Shown piece by piece: positions 62,313-64,000 of a stretch of 64,000 nucleotides of DNA. The position numbers and the translations under genes are program-made. The notes below the pieces were generated by a model, which worked only from the letters and a program-made list of their open reading frames with translations, ran no database searches and had not been told where the DNA came from. The stretch spans positions 20,776,269 through 20,840,268 of the forward strand of contig NC_068994.1 in the NCBI RefSeq assembly GCF_001194135.2. The letters are read 5' to 3'. Numbering within the stretch: the first letter of the stretch is position 1; each line of letters begins with the position of its first letter. This stretch comes from Octopus bimaculoides (lineage: Eukaryota).

Positions 62313-62930
62313 AATATGCAGAAACTATAGGAGAATCCCAAGTTTTGCTTTGAAGTATTCAAGGACAATACTACAAAAGATGAAACTGCTTACAATTCAT
62401 TTAACTCAATGTTAAAATTTATATTGTGAAGGTGCAATGGCCCAGTGGTTAGGGCAGCGGACTCGCAGTCATAGGATCGCGGTTTCGATTCCCAGACTGG
62501 GCCTTGTGAGTGTTTATTGAGTGAAAACACCTAAAGCTCCACGAGGCTCCGGCAGGGGATTGTGGTGAACTCTGCTGTATTCTTTCACCACAACTTTCTC
62601 TCACTCTTACTTCCTGATTCTGTTGTGCCTGTAATTCAAAGGGTCAGCCTTGTTACACTGTGTCACGCTGAATATCCCCGAGAACTACGTTAAGGGTACA
62701 CATATCTGTGGAGTGCTCAGCCACTTGCACGTTAATTTCACAAGCAGGCTGTTCCGTTGATCGGATCAACGGGAACCCTCGACGCCGTAAGCGATGGAGT
62801 GCCAACATACAATATGAATATGCATAAACTATAAAGAGAATCCCAAGTTTTGCTTTAAAGTATTCAAGGACAAAACTACAAAAGATGAAACAGCTTACAA
62901 TTCAGTTAAGTCAATGTTAAAATTTGTATT
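62313..62930. repeat. ~113-bp direct repeat (62313-62425 / 62817-62930) flanking a SINE
   Basis: About 9 differences in 114 aligned positions. Confidence 0.93.
62426..62803 (+). mobile_element. SINE family D, full length
   Basis: Co-linear with 4254-4625; A/B-box-like head. Confidence 0.92.
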
Positions 62931-63221
62931 AACCTGTAAGTTATTGAGAAAAATTTCAGAAGTAACATTTCTATGCATGATTGCATGTTCAATATGCACC
63001 AGGTAATGTTCCAGTGGTGTTAAGTGGAAGGCAAGCCTCCAATAATCCAACATTATGATGTAGTTTCAATCATTGCATTTCTCTTACACTGCTAATATCC
63101 TTGAAAAAGACATTAAACCTCATAAGCCCTACATTAACCTGTCTTCTCAATTGGATTAATCAACCTATACTATAAAACAAGTAGAAAATTTGTTTAATAT
63201 TTGATGTTTTAGTTTTCATTT

Positions 63222-63590
63222 GAAGGTGTCTATGTGATAAGAAGCTTGCTTCCCAACCACATGGTTCTAGGTTTGATCTGACTGTGCAGATCAAAGCCTT
63301 TTGAGTGGATTTGGTAGACAGAAACTGAAAGAAGCCCATCATATGTGTGTGTGTGTGTGAGAGAGAGCGAAAGAGTTTATGTGTGTGTTTGTCCTCCACC
63401 ACCACTTGACAACTGGTGTATTTACATTCCTTTAACTTAGCGGTTTGGCAAAATAGGCTGATAGAATAAGTACTTGGTTTTAAAAAAATAAGTACTGGAG
63501 TTGATTCATTCAGGTAAAAATTCTTCAAGGCAATGCTCCAGCATGGCTACAGTCTGATGACTGAAACAAATAAGAAATAAGATAAAAGAA
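63222..63590 (+). mobile_element. SINE family B1 with internal deletion
   Basis: B head lacking the ccttgggcaagtgtcttctactatagc segment; B1 tail present. Confidence 0.8.
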
Positions 63591-64000
63591 TTATTTCACT
63601 CACATCAATATTTCCTTCCCAACCTAAAGATCTTAGGTTCTGTGTTGTAAGCAACATGAAGAGCTACCAACATAGAATCTAAATTTGTTTGAAGATTCAA
63701 AATATGGAAAACTGGAAATACAGCAACCACCATATTGGTTTTTTTTTTTTCTGTTGGGTTTATTATTGCTTAAATTATAGATGTAAGAAACATTTATAAT
63801 TTTATGTTTGTTTTTTATATTATATTATATATTATTTATATATTTGAAATTCTCAATGTAATATGGACCTTTATTAAATATATATGGTGTTAATCATTCG
63901 TATGTATTCAAAACCCACTCTATTTGTAACTCACTAAAAAAATAGAATAGCTGAAAATATATGTTAGATTTTTGGGTAATGAGATTATATCATGCACTTA

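Overview
64 kb of AT-rich, microsatellite-dense eukaryotic intronic/intergenic DNA from a gapped scaffold (N runs at 9721-9730 and 41209-41689). From recognition of the repeat families, not a database search, it is most likely Octopus. The window contains tRNA-derived SINEs of at least four families, many 3' ends of an RTE-clade LINE, CR1-like and Penelope-like remnants, two near-full-length decayed D34D mariner elements in opposite orientation, a second mariner family, and hAT, piggyBac-like, Kolobok-like and Tc1-like MITEs. Almost all ORFs in the supplied track are spurious (repeats, microsatellites, N runs). There is one well-supported coding exon (53018-53462, +, unidentified protein) and several small candidate exons on both strands. 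A CpG-retaining domain at ~40.5-45.2 kb looks like an unmethylated promoter/intergenic zone between two CpG-depleted gene bodies. No prokaryote-type system (CRISPR, operon, rRNA) is present, and I cannot claim a new biological system. The most unusual structures are: a SINE flanked by a ~113-bp direct repeat; an inverted SINE pair bracketed by a 12-bp direct repeat; a mariner with a doubled TIR and an extra-TIR flank shared between two copies; and a 59-bp-stem intronic hairpin whose 13 mismatches are all transitions. Coordinates of decayed repeats are approximate and were read by eye.
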